The notes under the pieces are model-generated. The model was not told where the DNA came from and ran no database searches. It saw only the letters and a program-made list of their open reading frames with translations. From contig JARFYF010000068.1 in the NCBI GenBank assembly GCA_030265395.1, positions 11,123,337 through 11,187,336 on the forward strand: a DNA stretch of 64,000 nt, given 5' to 3'. Position numbers and translations under genes: made by a program. This DNA comes from Rhina ancylostomus (lineage: Eukaryota). Below, piece by piece: positions 1 through 10,803 of the stretch (positions within the stretch are counted from its first letter, which is position 1; every line of letters starts with the position of its first letter).

Positions 1-95
1 GTATTGTTATCCAATCAGTCCAGCATGCAATCCATGTGCTGGACAACAAGGCATTAATGGATCCAAATTGAGGGCCAGAACTCTGAACCATGACA
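1..95 (-). mobile_element. Partial LTR of the ~400-bp TGTCA...TGACA family, cut by the window edge
   Basis: Reverse complement of the first ~95 nt of the element at 19339-19744; ends in AACCATGACA. Confidence 0.85.
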
Positions 96-159
96 TTGTC
101 AGGTAGGAATAAGTATTTATGAGAAGCACATACGTAGAACAGCAACATGGGTGTTGCAA

Positions 160-460
160 AGATTGAGTAGGTGATGTCGTTGCATCAGATTCCAATGACC
201 TGGGTTCAATTCCGTGCCCCGGTGCTGCGTGTGTGGAGTTTCCACATTCCGCCCGTGAAAGGATGAGTGTCCTTCATTTTCCTCCCATATCGCAATGATA
301 GGAGGCTTCGTTAGAAAATTGGCGGCTGTAAACTATCCCTTAATGCAAAGAGTAGATGGACATGTGATAGAAAGTATAGATTACAGAGAATTAAGAGGTG
401 TCGTTGGATTGCTCTGTGAACAAGCATCGACATCTATGATGCAAGGAAATACAAGGACAA
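160..460 (+). mobile_element. tRNA-derived SINE remnant (V-SINE-like)
   Basis: GACCTGGGTTCAATTCC B-box-like motif followed by GTGTGGAGTTT...TTCCTCCCA; paralogous copy at ~7050-7340. Boundaries approximate. Confidence 0.6.
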
Positions 461-1739
461 TACTCTGCTTTTTTTCAGAATGGGGTATGATTCAAAAAGA
501 ATACTTTTGAATTATCCACTCCCTTTTGGGAGTGTTGCAAACGAAACAGTTTAATACTTAGCGACAATGTTAACTTCTACGTTGCATCAATAGCCGAATA
601 TATTCTGCAGAGTTTTCCCTTTGAGTGAGATTAAACTGAATTGGCAATCGATCGAATATGTCCACAGTAGAAATCAAGCCGAAGTACTTGTTAAAACCCT
701 ATTTGAAATGGTTTGGTCTTTTCTTATTTGTAGCTTTGAAGAATACAAGTATAACTCATGTTAAAGAAAGGGGTCAGTCTCCTAAAATTACTGTCCTCAA
801 TGACCTGTCCCTGTCCCTGTCCCTGTACCACCGGGAATCAAGCACTGTGATGGGCCATGTTCTCAGTGGGAAGAGAAGTGTCTTAGATCATTGTTGCTTT
901 AGCCCGAGAGCCTATAACAGAAGCCAGCGGATAGAGGTGATAATTGTCTTCTTTTAGATGGTCAGAAAGCGAGACATCTGAAAAGTAAAGCATGATACAA
1001 TATATTCAAAACGAATTGTAAGTACAATGTCAAGTAAATCACATTTACAAATGAATGCAAAAAATGAACAAAACATTTTTAAAGTCCGCTGGTGAAGAAA
1101 CAGCCTTGATATAAATGGAGTATCTGGTTTCTGTGCCAGGACTGACTTGGATTGGAAGGATGAATTTTGAAGCTTCATGCTGTGATAACCTAGTCAGGTT
1201 GGACATCTCAATTCTACTCCCTGAATCCAACTATGACGGTGGCGACTGTCACTATTCAACCCTTACAGCAGTTCTGTTCAAGTCCGGGAATTGAAAGAGA
1301 CGTGCTGAAACAAGCAGTTCAAACAGCATTTGTGTAACGAGAAACTGAGTTAACGTTTTGGAAGCTCTTTGACTTGAAATGTTAGCTCTTTCCCATTCTA
1401 AAAATTACCTCATTTTCTGAGAACGTCGCATTTTATGGTTTTCTTTCAGCTTTTCATCTGTCGTTTTTTTTTATTTTTCTCTTATTGAAGGAAATTGCAT
1501 TGACTGAGTTATAGGAGTGAAGTTGACCATATCCGATTGACCTTGGTGCTAATTCCTCGCAACCTGCAAAGCCGCTTTGTGACAATTCTTATTTAAGATG
1601 CTTAAGTCGGTTGTCAGTCTTCATATGAAAGGATTGCCTGTGTGGAGTTCGAACCCTCGCCGTGTGGGGTCAACATAGGTGCTCATAAATTGCCCAGTTA
1701 TAATAATTTAACAAAGAATATTTGATTTGTTCCTTTCAG

Positions 1740-2015
1740 ATTATCACTTTATTCAAGGGCAGTTTGGTTGTGAGGTGAATGATGCCATACGCAATGGATC
1801 GAAACTGAAGCTGGCTTTTGATGGGGAACAAATATTTAGTTTTGATAGTGAAAAACTAGAGTGGATTGTACATTATTCAGTAACTCAGTTCCTCAAACAA
1901 AGATGGAATAATGACGTAAAAATGAACCAACATTTCAAGAACTTGTTAGAAATGGATTGTGTGGATCTATGGAAGAAATATTATTCAATTGGAAAAGCAT
2001 ACCTAACCAGAAAAA
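1740..2015 (+). CDS. MHC class I-like gene copy 1, alpha2 domain exon
   Basis: TTTCAG acceptor (AG 1738-1739), GTAAGT donor at 2016, 276 nt, phase 1/1. Encodes (D)YHFIQGQFGCEV...AFDGE...W...KQRW...LLEMDCVDLWKKY...YLTRK with the C101/C164-equivalent pair. Confidence 0.93.
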
Positions 2016-3272
2016 GTAAGTCCAGATGTCAGAACATAAAGCATTGCACTGAGTTTGTAGGTTTTGACAACTTGGTCTTCCGCGCAGTACCTCCATTAGA
2101 ACTTAGAACTGGTTAGTTCTGCAGGAGCTTATCTACCCATGACATTATCACAGCCTGACCTGCTGATGGCCTAAGTGCTGCGTTGAACAACTCAGCCTCC
2201 TTCATTTCTCTCTGTTTCTCTCTGTCCTCATTTCTCTGTTCTCTCTCTGTTACTTTCCTCATTAATTCATCGCAACAGCAAGCCTGGGTTCACCCATATT
2301 TCCCCATCATCTATGCAACTTAAAACTGACATGTTTTTCTTTCCCAGTACTGATGAAAGGCCTTTGACCTCAACTGTTAAAACGATTCCTTTTCCGACCG
2401 ATACTGCTTGACCTACCTGAATGTTTCAAGTGTTTTATTGTTTTTCTATCGGCTATAAAGATCGAAGCCTTCATTTGCTGGAATCATTTGCTTTTCATTT
2501 TGTTTGATATTTCAAAATTTAAAAAAATCAGCACTGTGATCTAACAGTGAAACAGGACTTTCTCACAGTCCCAGAAGGGTTGTATTCAAGAACATAAAAA
2601 AATGGAGGACGGGTTGTACCCTCAAGCCTGTACTGAAGAAATGTCTGATCTGCCCCAACTCTCAACTCATTTTTACAGCAATTAGTTCTGAATTCCGTGA
2701 TCCTTCAGAAATTTAACGACCTCCGTCATAAATACTTCCGGTGATCTGGTAGTAAGATCTTTCTACTGTGGTAGAAAGTGTCAGAGATTTACCAGCCTCT
2801 GTGAAAAAAAAGTTCTGCACAAGTGACAGCCCCTTATCTTGTTACTCTTTTCATTCATTTGACACACTCTCACTGGTGAAAATGCTGCCAGTTTTAGGTT
2901 GTCTCGCTTTTCGTCCTGCCCTTCATTTATAACTTGTTAATTATGTATTATTGTCAATTATATGCCCTAGTGAAAACATGTTGGGCGATACTGTGTGGAG
3001 ATTTTATGTTCTCCTTGTTCCTGCGTTCATTTCCTCTCCGTACTCCATTTCAACCAGGTGACAATGTTAATTAGTAAGTTAATTGGTTCTTGTACATTGT
3101 TCCAAATCAGAAGAAATGGGGACTGGGTCGTTGATGGTGATGAAAGAGGGAGTACAAGATAGGCGTGGAGGGTTACTTCATGGTCGCAGTGGATCGCTTG
3201 GTGTGTTTCAATGGTGTATAATTTTGTGTAAATTTTATTGAAGCTGACAATATCCAAATTTCAATTATGTAG

Positions 3273-3539
3273 TAAGCCCTGAGATCTCTATTGCTGCCCG
3301 TCCTAGTGAGCATTTGTTTCTCCACTGCGACGTGTTTGGATTTTACGCAACAGCCATCAATGTGAGCTGGTTCCGGAATGGGCAACATGTCTCCCAAATG
3401 AAATCCACTGGGACATTACCAAATGAAGATGGAACATATCAACTACATTCTGTCCTTGAGTTTGATCCGTTCGATGGGAAAGAGTATTCCTGTCATATTG
3501 AACACAGCAGCCTGCCAGGTGTGAAGACAGTTATCTGGG
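3273..3539 (+). CDS. MHC class I-like gene copy 1, alpha3 (Ig C1-set) exon
   Basis: TAG acceptor (AG 3271-3272), GTAAGT donor at 3540, 267 nt, phase 1/1. Motifs LHCDVFGFY, INVSWFRNG, LPNEDGTYQL and YSCHIEHSSL. Confidence 0.93.
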
Positions 3540-5759
3540 GTAAGTGCATGAAATATTAAATATGAATTCATATACAAATTTATAAACAGTAAATTAATTT
3601 ATCATTGTATTTGATTGTATTATGCTTGTATTTAATAGTCCAAACTGCATCTCGTATTCCAAGTTCCCTAAACTTTCTTTGTACTATGCGGTCTTCCATG
3701 TTGCTGATAGATATCAGCAACATGAAAGGGAGAGAGCGAGTCATTATTTGCTGTCGAGGTTGATAAGCATTGAATCAATCTCTGGAAAAGCAACTGTTTT
3801 GATACAATTACATTTGCAACCGCAGGGCAAAACAGTGATAGAACAAAAAGAAAGTCGTGAAGAACATGACTAATCACAAAATAAAGCAGAAGTCTCTTAA
3901 ATGGGAAATTGACACCATAATCCGTCGGGAAGTAATGGGAGGTCATGAAGGTTGAAATGTTTTGGCTACAGTCTATGCACATTATCGTAAGGTAGAAAAT
4001 TAAGGAAATTAGTGCCAGAGGTAACCAAATAACCAACACGACTGCAGTAAAACAGAAGAAGAAAATGAATATTAACATATGCTGAGTTGAATACACTCAG
4101 GGTGTACCCAGGGTGACTGCATGCCTTTAAACGGAGAAGTAACAATAAATAAGAGAGGCAAAGAATGAACTTCTGAAAAGACCAGTTGGAAACATAAACA
4201 TGGATTCCGAAATGTTCCGTAAGTTGTAAGAGTAGCGGTGAGACTGAATTTGAAAAAAAAATACTGATTGAGGCAGGGGGAATACTGAAGTACCGAGTGA
4301 ATTTATAACCACCGTCTAAATTAAGAAAGAAAAAGGACTGACATTTACGGAAAGTCAGCGTAAATTGGGATATGCATGATAGACATTCTTTAGGAGTCGG
4401 TACGAAAAATTCCAGCTGCACGCAAAGTGAATAAACAACCTTGTCTCGACACGAGACACCCGTTCTTATTATGTAAGGGGGGCAGGAAATTGCAGAGGCT
4501 CTGGCCGTACACTTCCTAGCAGCTACAGATTTAGGAATGGTGCCAGTGGATTGGAAATTTGTAAATGTACTTCAGTTGTTGCGAAAGGCATGAAAGATTA
4601 TTCATGACAAACTAGTCAGGTTAACCTTCAGGATGGAGTACGCGCTCATATTTCCTAACAACAGACGAAGGGCTGCTCAGCCCATTGGGTCTACAATGGC
4701 TCTAGTAGCAATTCTTCAATTCGATTCTCCGTTTATCCTTTCTCTCGAACGTGCTCCTTAACACCTGCAACCTCACACTCCAATCCAACCCCGTTATCAT
4801 ACTACTTAGCTACACGGCCTGTTGACAGTGATCAATTTGCCTTCCGCAAGCATTTTCCCCAATTCTGGACTTAACACCTTTGGAAACTTTGAAGGATTAA
4901 TGAAGACTTCGTTATAAATACAGAATATAATTGCCAAATAGATTACAGGGATGACGGATTTGAGTCATGTCATTGCTCGGAGAAAATCTGTTTCTTCTCC
5001 TCAAAACAGGAAAATGGTGAGCGAGTCTGCTGTAAGCATTCTGTAATTCGTGGAAACAATGTGTTAAAACTCTGTTATTTCCTAATTTCCTATTATAAAC
5101 ACACGTGCCCAACGGCCCCATAATCTTGACCAAAGATTAGCCAAGCGACTCGCCTGTATTTTATGTACGTGAGGAGGTTTTCACTTCCTTTTAAAAATGT
5201 TAGTAACAGTTTATCCCCGTCATCTAATGACTTGACCCTGAAATATATTTTCGTCAATCTTTGCTGGTTTCGGAACTTTTCCCAATCTGCGAGCTACCAC
5301 AAATCTCGATAATATTATATTCCATTTTGAAAAAAATGCTACCTACTTATTTTACTTAGCCTCTTCTTGAAATAACTTTATTTCTCAAACGAAAATGTTT
5401 ATGTTGAGAATTTCATTTTCTTGTACTTTACCATAGCGGGTTCAGACTTAGATTTCTGTCAAAAGCTAATGTAAAATTCTGTCAGTTGCTGGCCATTGTT
5501 CCCCAAATCATCGTTGAACATGAAATCAACGACCATGCTTTATTGTAAAATTTAATAGTTGGCTCCCTGCTTTGTCTTGATATCCATTGTTCGAAAGGAC
5601 CTGTCTCAAATGGTGGTGTGGGGGGAGTGATTGAGTAGCCTTTGGTGAAATGCTGCACAGTATGCATCGCTTTTGAAAGGAATGCTGCACATAAACAACA
5701 ACATATCATTCTTCATAGGTTGACCAGTATCTACGTACAATTGTATTATTTTTCTGAAG

Positions 5760-5858
5760 GAAATCAGTTGAAAGACAGACACATAGCCCTGATTGCTGTG
5801 TTTGTTCTGATCTCGCTGGTCATCATCTTCGCAGTAATTATTTGGTGGAGAAAGAAAG
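5760..5858 (+). CDS. MHC class I-like gene copy 1, connecting peptide/transmembrane exon
   Basis: Encodes GNQLKDRHIALIAVFVLISLVIIFAVIIWWRKK; GTGAG donor at 5859. The acceptor must be the AAG at 5757-5759 because the CAG used in copy 2 reads CTG here. Confidence 0.8.
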
Positions 5859-6349
5859 GTGAGGAATATGATTTAATTATGATGTACTCCTGTAACTAAA
5901 ATTCTTTCACTTGAAGAAAATGATTGATGTCAAGCAGGATAAAGAACAGATGCAGAGACCATATAACTGAAATGCCCTGACCACTCACTGTTGTTAACCA
6001 GCCCTTCTACAGGTTTCACATGTATCTAATAGTCAGACATTTGAAAACTGTTTAAACGGATTTACTCAGTTAAAATAATTAAAAAATATTAAAACATGAA
6101 TATAATAAGTTCACTTGCAGCACATCTTTGAAAATATTTTACAAAGTCAGTAAAAACAGTGAAACATGATACTTGCGCTCTCACTGTTCATTCTCCATTG
6201 GGCGGAAAGGATAGATTTTAATAGTTAGAACTTGCCGATTTCGAAGTTGCTGTTGCAACTCTAAGTGTGAGCATTGATGAAGATGCCAAAAGGTTTCTTA
6301 TGGATACCTTCAGTGAATGGGAAACGAAATTACAGCTGGGGCACACCAT

Positions 6350-6530
6350 AGAAACAGGGCAGCAGAGTGCCGGAGATCTGGGTTCAAATTTGACCTCGAG
6401 AGTTGTCGGTGTAGAATTTGCGCGTTTTCTTGTAATTACCTGTGTTTCTTCTGGGTGATTTGGTTTCCCCTTGCATTGCAAAGACGTGAGGCTTCGTGAA
6501 TTCATTGGCCCCTGTAAATTACCAACATCT
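6350..6530 (+). mobile_element. SINE remnant (V-SINE-like); paralog at ~13540-13720
   Basis: GATCTGGGTTCAAATTTGACC...GTAGAATTTGCGCGTTTTC, the same family as 160-460. Confidence 0.55.
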
Positions 6531-6903
6531 CGAAAGATATATCCTGGCCCGAGCGCAGAGCTGAAACCACAAAGGCGGCCCAGCGTCTCGACTATGTTGG
6601 AGGTTTAATGTGATTCTGCATGTTATCGACGGCTCTGACGAACACCCGCAGATGTACAGTCGAAAGCTTTCTGATTGTTTGAATTACGGCCGAGTATGAA
6701 AACTCTAATGAACAGTGGTGTACTTAGCCTGTTCCATCACGGGTACAGCTCTTCGCACCATCGATGGCATCTACAAGAAGCAACGGCTCAGGAAGGCGAC
6801 ATCNNNNNNNNNNNNNNNNNNNNNNNNNNNNNNNNNNNNNNNNNNNNNNNNNNNNNNNNNNNNNNNNNNNNNNNNNNNNNNNNNNNNNNNNNNNNNNNNN
6901 NNN

Positions 6904-6988
6904 TCGTTTTGCCTGCCATCCGGGGATTTATAAGACTCTCTTCCTCCTGAAGAAACACTTCTGGTGGCCCTCCATGGACCATCGCATG
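6904..6988 (+). mobile_element. Ty3/Gypsy pol fragment (integrase H2C2 zinc-binding region)
   Basis: Translates RFACHPGIYKTLFLLKKHFWWPSM, matching the HPG...T...L...FWWP.M pattern of Gypsy integrase N-termini; emerges directly from the N gap. Confidence 0.8.
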
Positions 6989-8664
6989 TAAAGTAGGAAT
7001 ATATCTTTACGAAAAGCACATAATAGAACAGAAACATGAATGTTGCAAAGATTCAGTCGGTGATGTCGCTGCCTCATATTCCAATGACCTGCGTTCAATT
7101 CGGAGCTCCGGTGCTATCTGCGTGGAGTTTCTACGTTCCTCCTGTGAAAGGGTTCGTGTCCTCCAGTTTCCTCCCACGTGGCAATGATACGAGGGTTTGT
7201 TAATTCATTGGTCGCTGTAAAGTTTCCCTTAATGCAAAGAGTGGGCATGTGAGAGAAAGAACAGGTTACAGAGAAAGAAGAGGCGTCGTGGGGTTGCTCT
7301 GTGAACAAGCATCGACTCGAATAGCTTCTTGCTATGTCGCAAAGAAATACAAGAACTCTGCTTTTCTGAATGGGATATCATTCAGAAGGAATACTTTTGA
7401 ATTGTCACCTCAGTTTGTGACTGTTGCAAATGAAACAGTTTAATATTTGCGACAATGTTAACTTATGTGTTGCATCTACAACACAATGCATTCCGCAGAA
7501 TTTTTGCTTTGAGTGAGATGAATGTGAATTGGCAATCGATCTAACATATTCACAGGAGAAATGAAGCTGAAGTATGAAACAGTTGATTATGATTCACAGT
7601 ACTGGTAAAACTCCCTTTGAAATGGCTTTGCCTTTTATTATTAGCGGCTTTGAAGAGTACAAGAGAAACTAATGTTAAAGAAAGGAGTCAGTCTCCGAGA
7701 ATCAAGATCCCCAATTACCTTAAGCTGCCCCTGTACGACCGGGAACAAGGCACTGTGTTAGACCGTGTTCTCAGTGGCAAGAGAAGGGTCTTAGCTTGGG
7801 TCTTTGTTGCTTTAACCCGACAGTATATAACAGAAGCCAGCGAGAGAGCTGATAATTGCCTTCTTTTAGATGGTCAGAAAACGAGACACTTGAAAAGTAA
7901 TACATAATACAATATATTCAAAACAGATTGTAAGTAAAATGTCAAATAAATCACATTTACAAATGAATGAAAAAAATGAACCAAATATATATTTTTTAAA
8001 TCCCCTGGCGAAGAACCAGCCTTGATATAAATGGAGTATCTGGTTTCTGTGCCAGGACTGACTTGGATTGAAAAGATGCATTTTGCAGCTTCATGCTGTG
8101 ATAATCCAGTCAGATTAGACATCTCCATTCTAGTCCCTGATTCCAACAATAATGGTGGTGACTGTCACTCTTTAACCCTTATTGACAGCATTTCTGTTCA
8201 GTTCCGGAAATTTAAAGAGACGTGCTGAAATAAGCAGTTCAAACAGTATCTGTCTAATGAGAAACTGAGATAACGTTTGGAAGCTCTTTGACTTGAACTG
8301 TTCACTCTGTCCCATCTTGGAAATTGCCTGATTTTCTGACAACTTGTCGCATTTTCTGTTTTTATTTCAGATTTCCACCATCTATATTTTATTTTTAAAT
8401 TTTAAGTTATTGAAGGAAATCGCTTTGACAGAACTATAGGAATGAAGCCGACCATTTGTGATTGACCTTGCTGCTAATGATTCGCAACCCGCCACGCCGC
8501 ATTGTGACAATGCGTATTGAAGATGCTTGAATCCGTTGCCAGCCTTCAGATGAAAGGATTGTCTGAGTGGAGCTTGAACCGTCGCCGTGTGGGGTCAACA
8601 CAGGTGCTCGTAAATTGCCCATTTATAATAATTATTCAACGATTGTTTGATTTGTTTCTTTCAG

Positions 8665-8940
8665 ATTATCACTATGTTCAAGGACAGTTTGGTTGTGAGG
8701 TGAATGATGCCAAGCACAGTGGATCGATATTAAAGCTGGCTGCTGATGGAGAATATGTACTGAGTTTTAATGATGAAGAATTGGAGTGGATTGTACATCA
8801 TTCAGAAGCTCAGTCCCTCAAAGAAAGTTGGGATAATAACGTAAAAATGAACCGATATTTCAAGAGATTGTTAGAAGTAGATTGTGTGGATCTATGGAAG
8901 AGATATTATTCATTTGGAAGTGCATACCTAAACAGAAAAA
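8665..8940 (+). CDS. MHC class I-like gene copy 2, alpha2 domain exon
   Basis: TTTCAG acceptor (AG 8663-8664), GTAAGT donor at 8941, 276 nt, open frame: (D)YHYVQGQFGCEV...LLEVDCVDLWKRYYSFGSAYLNRK. Confidence 0.93.
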
Positions 8941-10318
8941 GTAAGTCCAGAGGTGAGAACATAGTGCATTGCGTTGTGTTTGTAGGTATTGGCAACTTGG
9001 TCTTCCCTGCAGTACCTCTATCAGAACTGGCTAGTTATGCAGTAAATTATCTACCCATGACATTATCAGAGACTGACATGCTGATGTCCTAGAGTGCTGC
9101 ATTTAACAACTCGGCCTCCTTCATTTCTCTCTGTTTCTCTCTGTCCTCATTTCTCTCTTCTCTCTGTGTTGCATTCCTCATTAATTCATGGATTGAATTA
9201 CCCTCACAGATCCCAACAGCAAACCTGAGTTCATCCAATCTTACCCATATTTCCCCATCTTCTATGCGGCTTTAAACTGACATGTTTTTCTCTCACAGTT
9301 CGGATGAAATGCCTCTGACCTCAACTGTTAAAATGATTTCTTTTCCGATGGATACTGCCTGACCTACTGGACGTTTCAAGTGTTTTCTTGTTTTTCTATC
9401 GGCTATAATGATCGAAGCCTACTCACTGGAGCTGTGAGAGTGTTGCACTACCAGCCATGCTGCAGTGCCACCCCTTAATCCACCAATGTCAATTCTCTCT
9501 TTGCAGCTGGACATGCTGGAATCATTTGCTTTTCACCTTACTTGATATTTTAAAATGAAACATTCAGCATAGTGATGTAACAGTTAAGCAGGATTCCTCG
9601 CAGTCCCAGAAGGGATGTAATCAAGAACATAAGAAAATTGGAGGCCAGTTGGTCCCTCAAGCCTGTACTGAATAAAAGTCTGATCTGCCCGAACCCACAG
9701 CTCATTTTTTGTACCCGTTCCCATTGGCTCCGATTTCCCCGATCCTTCAGAATTTTAACGACCTCAATCATAAATACTTCCAGTGATCAATCCTCGTCAT
9801 ACCTCTGGGGTCGAGAGTGTCAGAGATTTACCAGCCTCTGCGAAAACAAACTCCACATACATGACCGGCCCCTTATTACTCTTTTCACTCATTTTATACT
9901 GTCTTACTGGCGAAAATGCTGCCAGTTTGAAGGTTGTCTCGCTTTTCGTTCCGCCCTTTATTTTATAACTTGTCAATTAATTATTATAGTCAATTATGTG
10001 CCCTAGTGAAAATATGTTTGGCGCGATTGTGTAGAGATTTTAAGTTCTCCCTGTACCCGCGTGCATTTCCACAGCGTGCTCCATTTAAGTCATGTGACGA
10101 TTATAATTAATAGGTTAATTTGTTATTGTACATTATTCCCAATGTTGGTGGGTGTCAGAAGAATTGGATTTGGTTCACTGATGGTGATGAAAGAGGGAGA
10201 ATAAGATTAGTGTGGAGGGTTACTTCATGGTCGCAGTTGATTGGTGAGTCTGGTTCTATGGTGTATAATTTAGTGCAAATTTTATCGAAGCTAAAATACC
10301 CAACTTTCAATTACCTAG

Positions 10319-10586
10319 TAACCCCTGAGGTCTTTGTTGCTGCCTGTTCTGGTGAGCATTGGTTTCTCCACTGCGACGTGTTTAGATTTTACCCAGCGGC
10401 CATCAATGTGAGCTGGTTCCAGAATGGGCAACATATCTCCGAGACGAAATCTACTGGGATATTACCCAATGAAGATGGAACATATCAACTACATTCTGTC
10501 CTTGAGTTTGATCCGTTTGATGGGAAAGAGTATTCCTGTCATATTGAACATATCAGCCTGCCGGGCGGGAAGACAGTTATCTGGGG
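10319..10586 (+). CDS. MHC class I-like gene copy 2, alpha3 exon with a +1 G at its 3' end (268 nt)
   Basis: TAG acceptor (AG 10317-10318). C1-set motifs LHCDVFRFYP, LPNEDGTYQL, YSCHIEH. ATCTGGGGGTAAG has 5 G versus 4 in copy 1, which shifts the donor phase. Confidence 0.9.
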
Positions 10587-10763
10587 GTAAGTGCGTTGAA
10601 TATTAAATATACATTCATATTCAAATTGATAAAAAGTAAATAAACGTATTTATCATTGGTGGTGTTTGTATTTATTAGTCCAAACTGCATCCCATATTCC
10701 AATTTCCCTAAACTTTCTTTGTACTATGCAGACTTGCATGTTGCTGAGAGACATCAGCAACCT

Positions 10764-10767
<4 letters not shown>

Positions 10768-10799
<32 letters not shown>
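10768..10799. repeat. (GA)n microsatellite
   Basis: Directly visible; the paralogous site in copy 1 (~3724-3741) has only a short imperfect GA run. Confidence 0.95.

Positions 10800-10803
<4 letters not shown>

Larger units (their letters stand above)
100..6803 (+). repeat. Tandem duplication unit 1 (MHC class I-like cassette)
   Basis: Colinear similarity with ~6990-13990 across exons, introns and embedded repeats (e.g. 951-1023 vs 7862-7935; 5700-5900 vs 12880-13080). Confidence 0.9.

Noticed and set aside
3668-4421. Hydrophobic minus-strand ORFs of 142 and 151 aa
   Set aside because: Antisense to A-rich MHC intron sequence; the frames are not conserved in the paralogous region 10900-11450.
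1740-5858. MHC class II beta or W-category beta chain (two domains plus TM)
   Set aside because: The TM segment has none of the glycines that mediate alpha/beta TM pairing, the 276-nt exon has canonical class I alpha2 boundaries and motifs, and no partner alpha-chain gene is visible. Disfavoured rather than excluded.
8517-10590. ORF-track proteins of 191 aa (8517-9092) and 156 aa (10120-10590) as complete genes
   Set aside because: They are exons extended by intron read-through; splice sites and phases define shorter exons.
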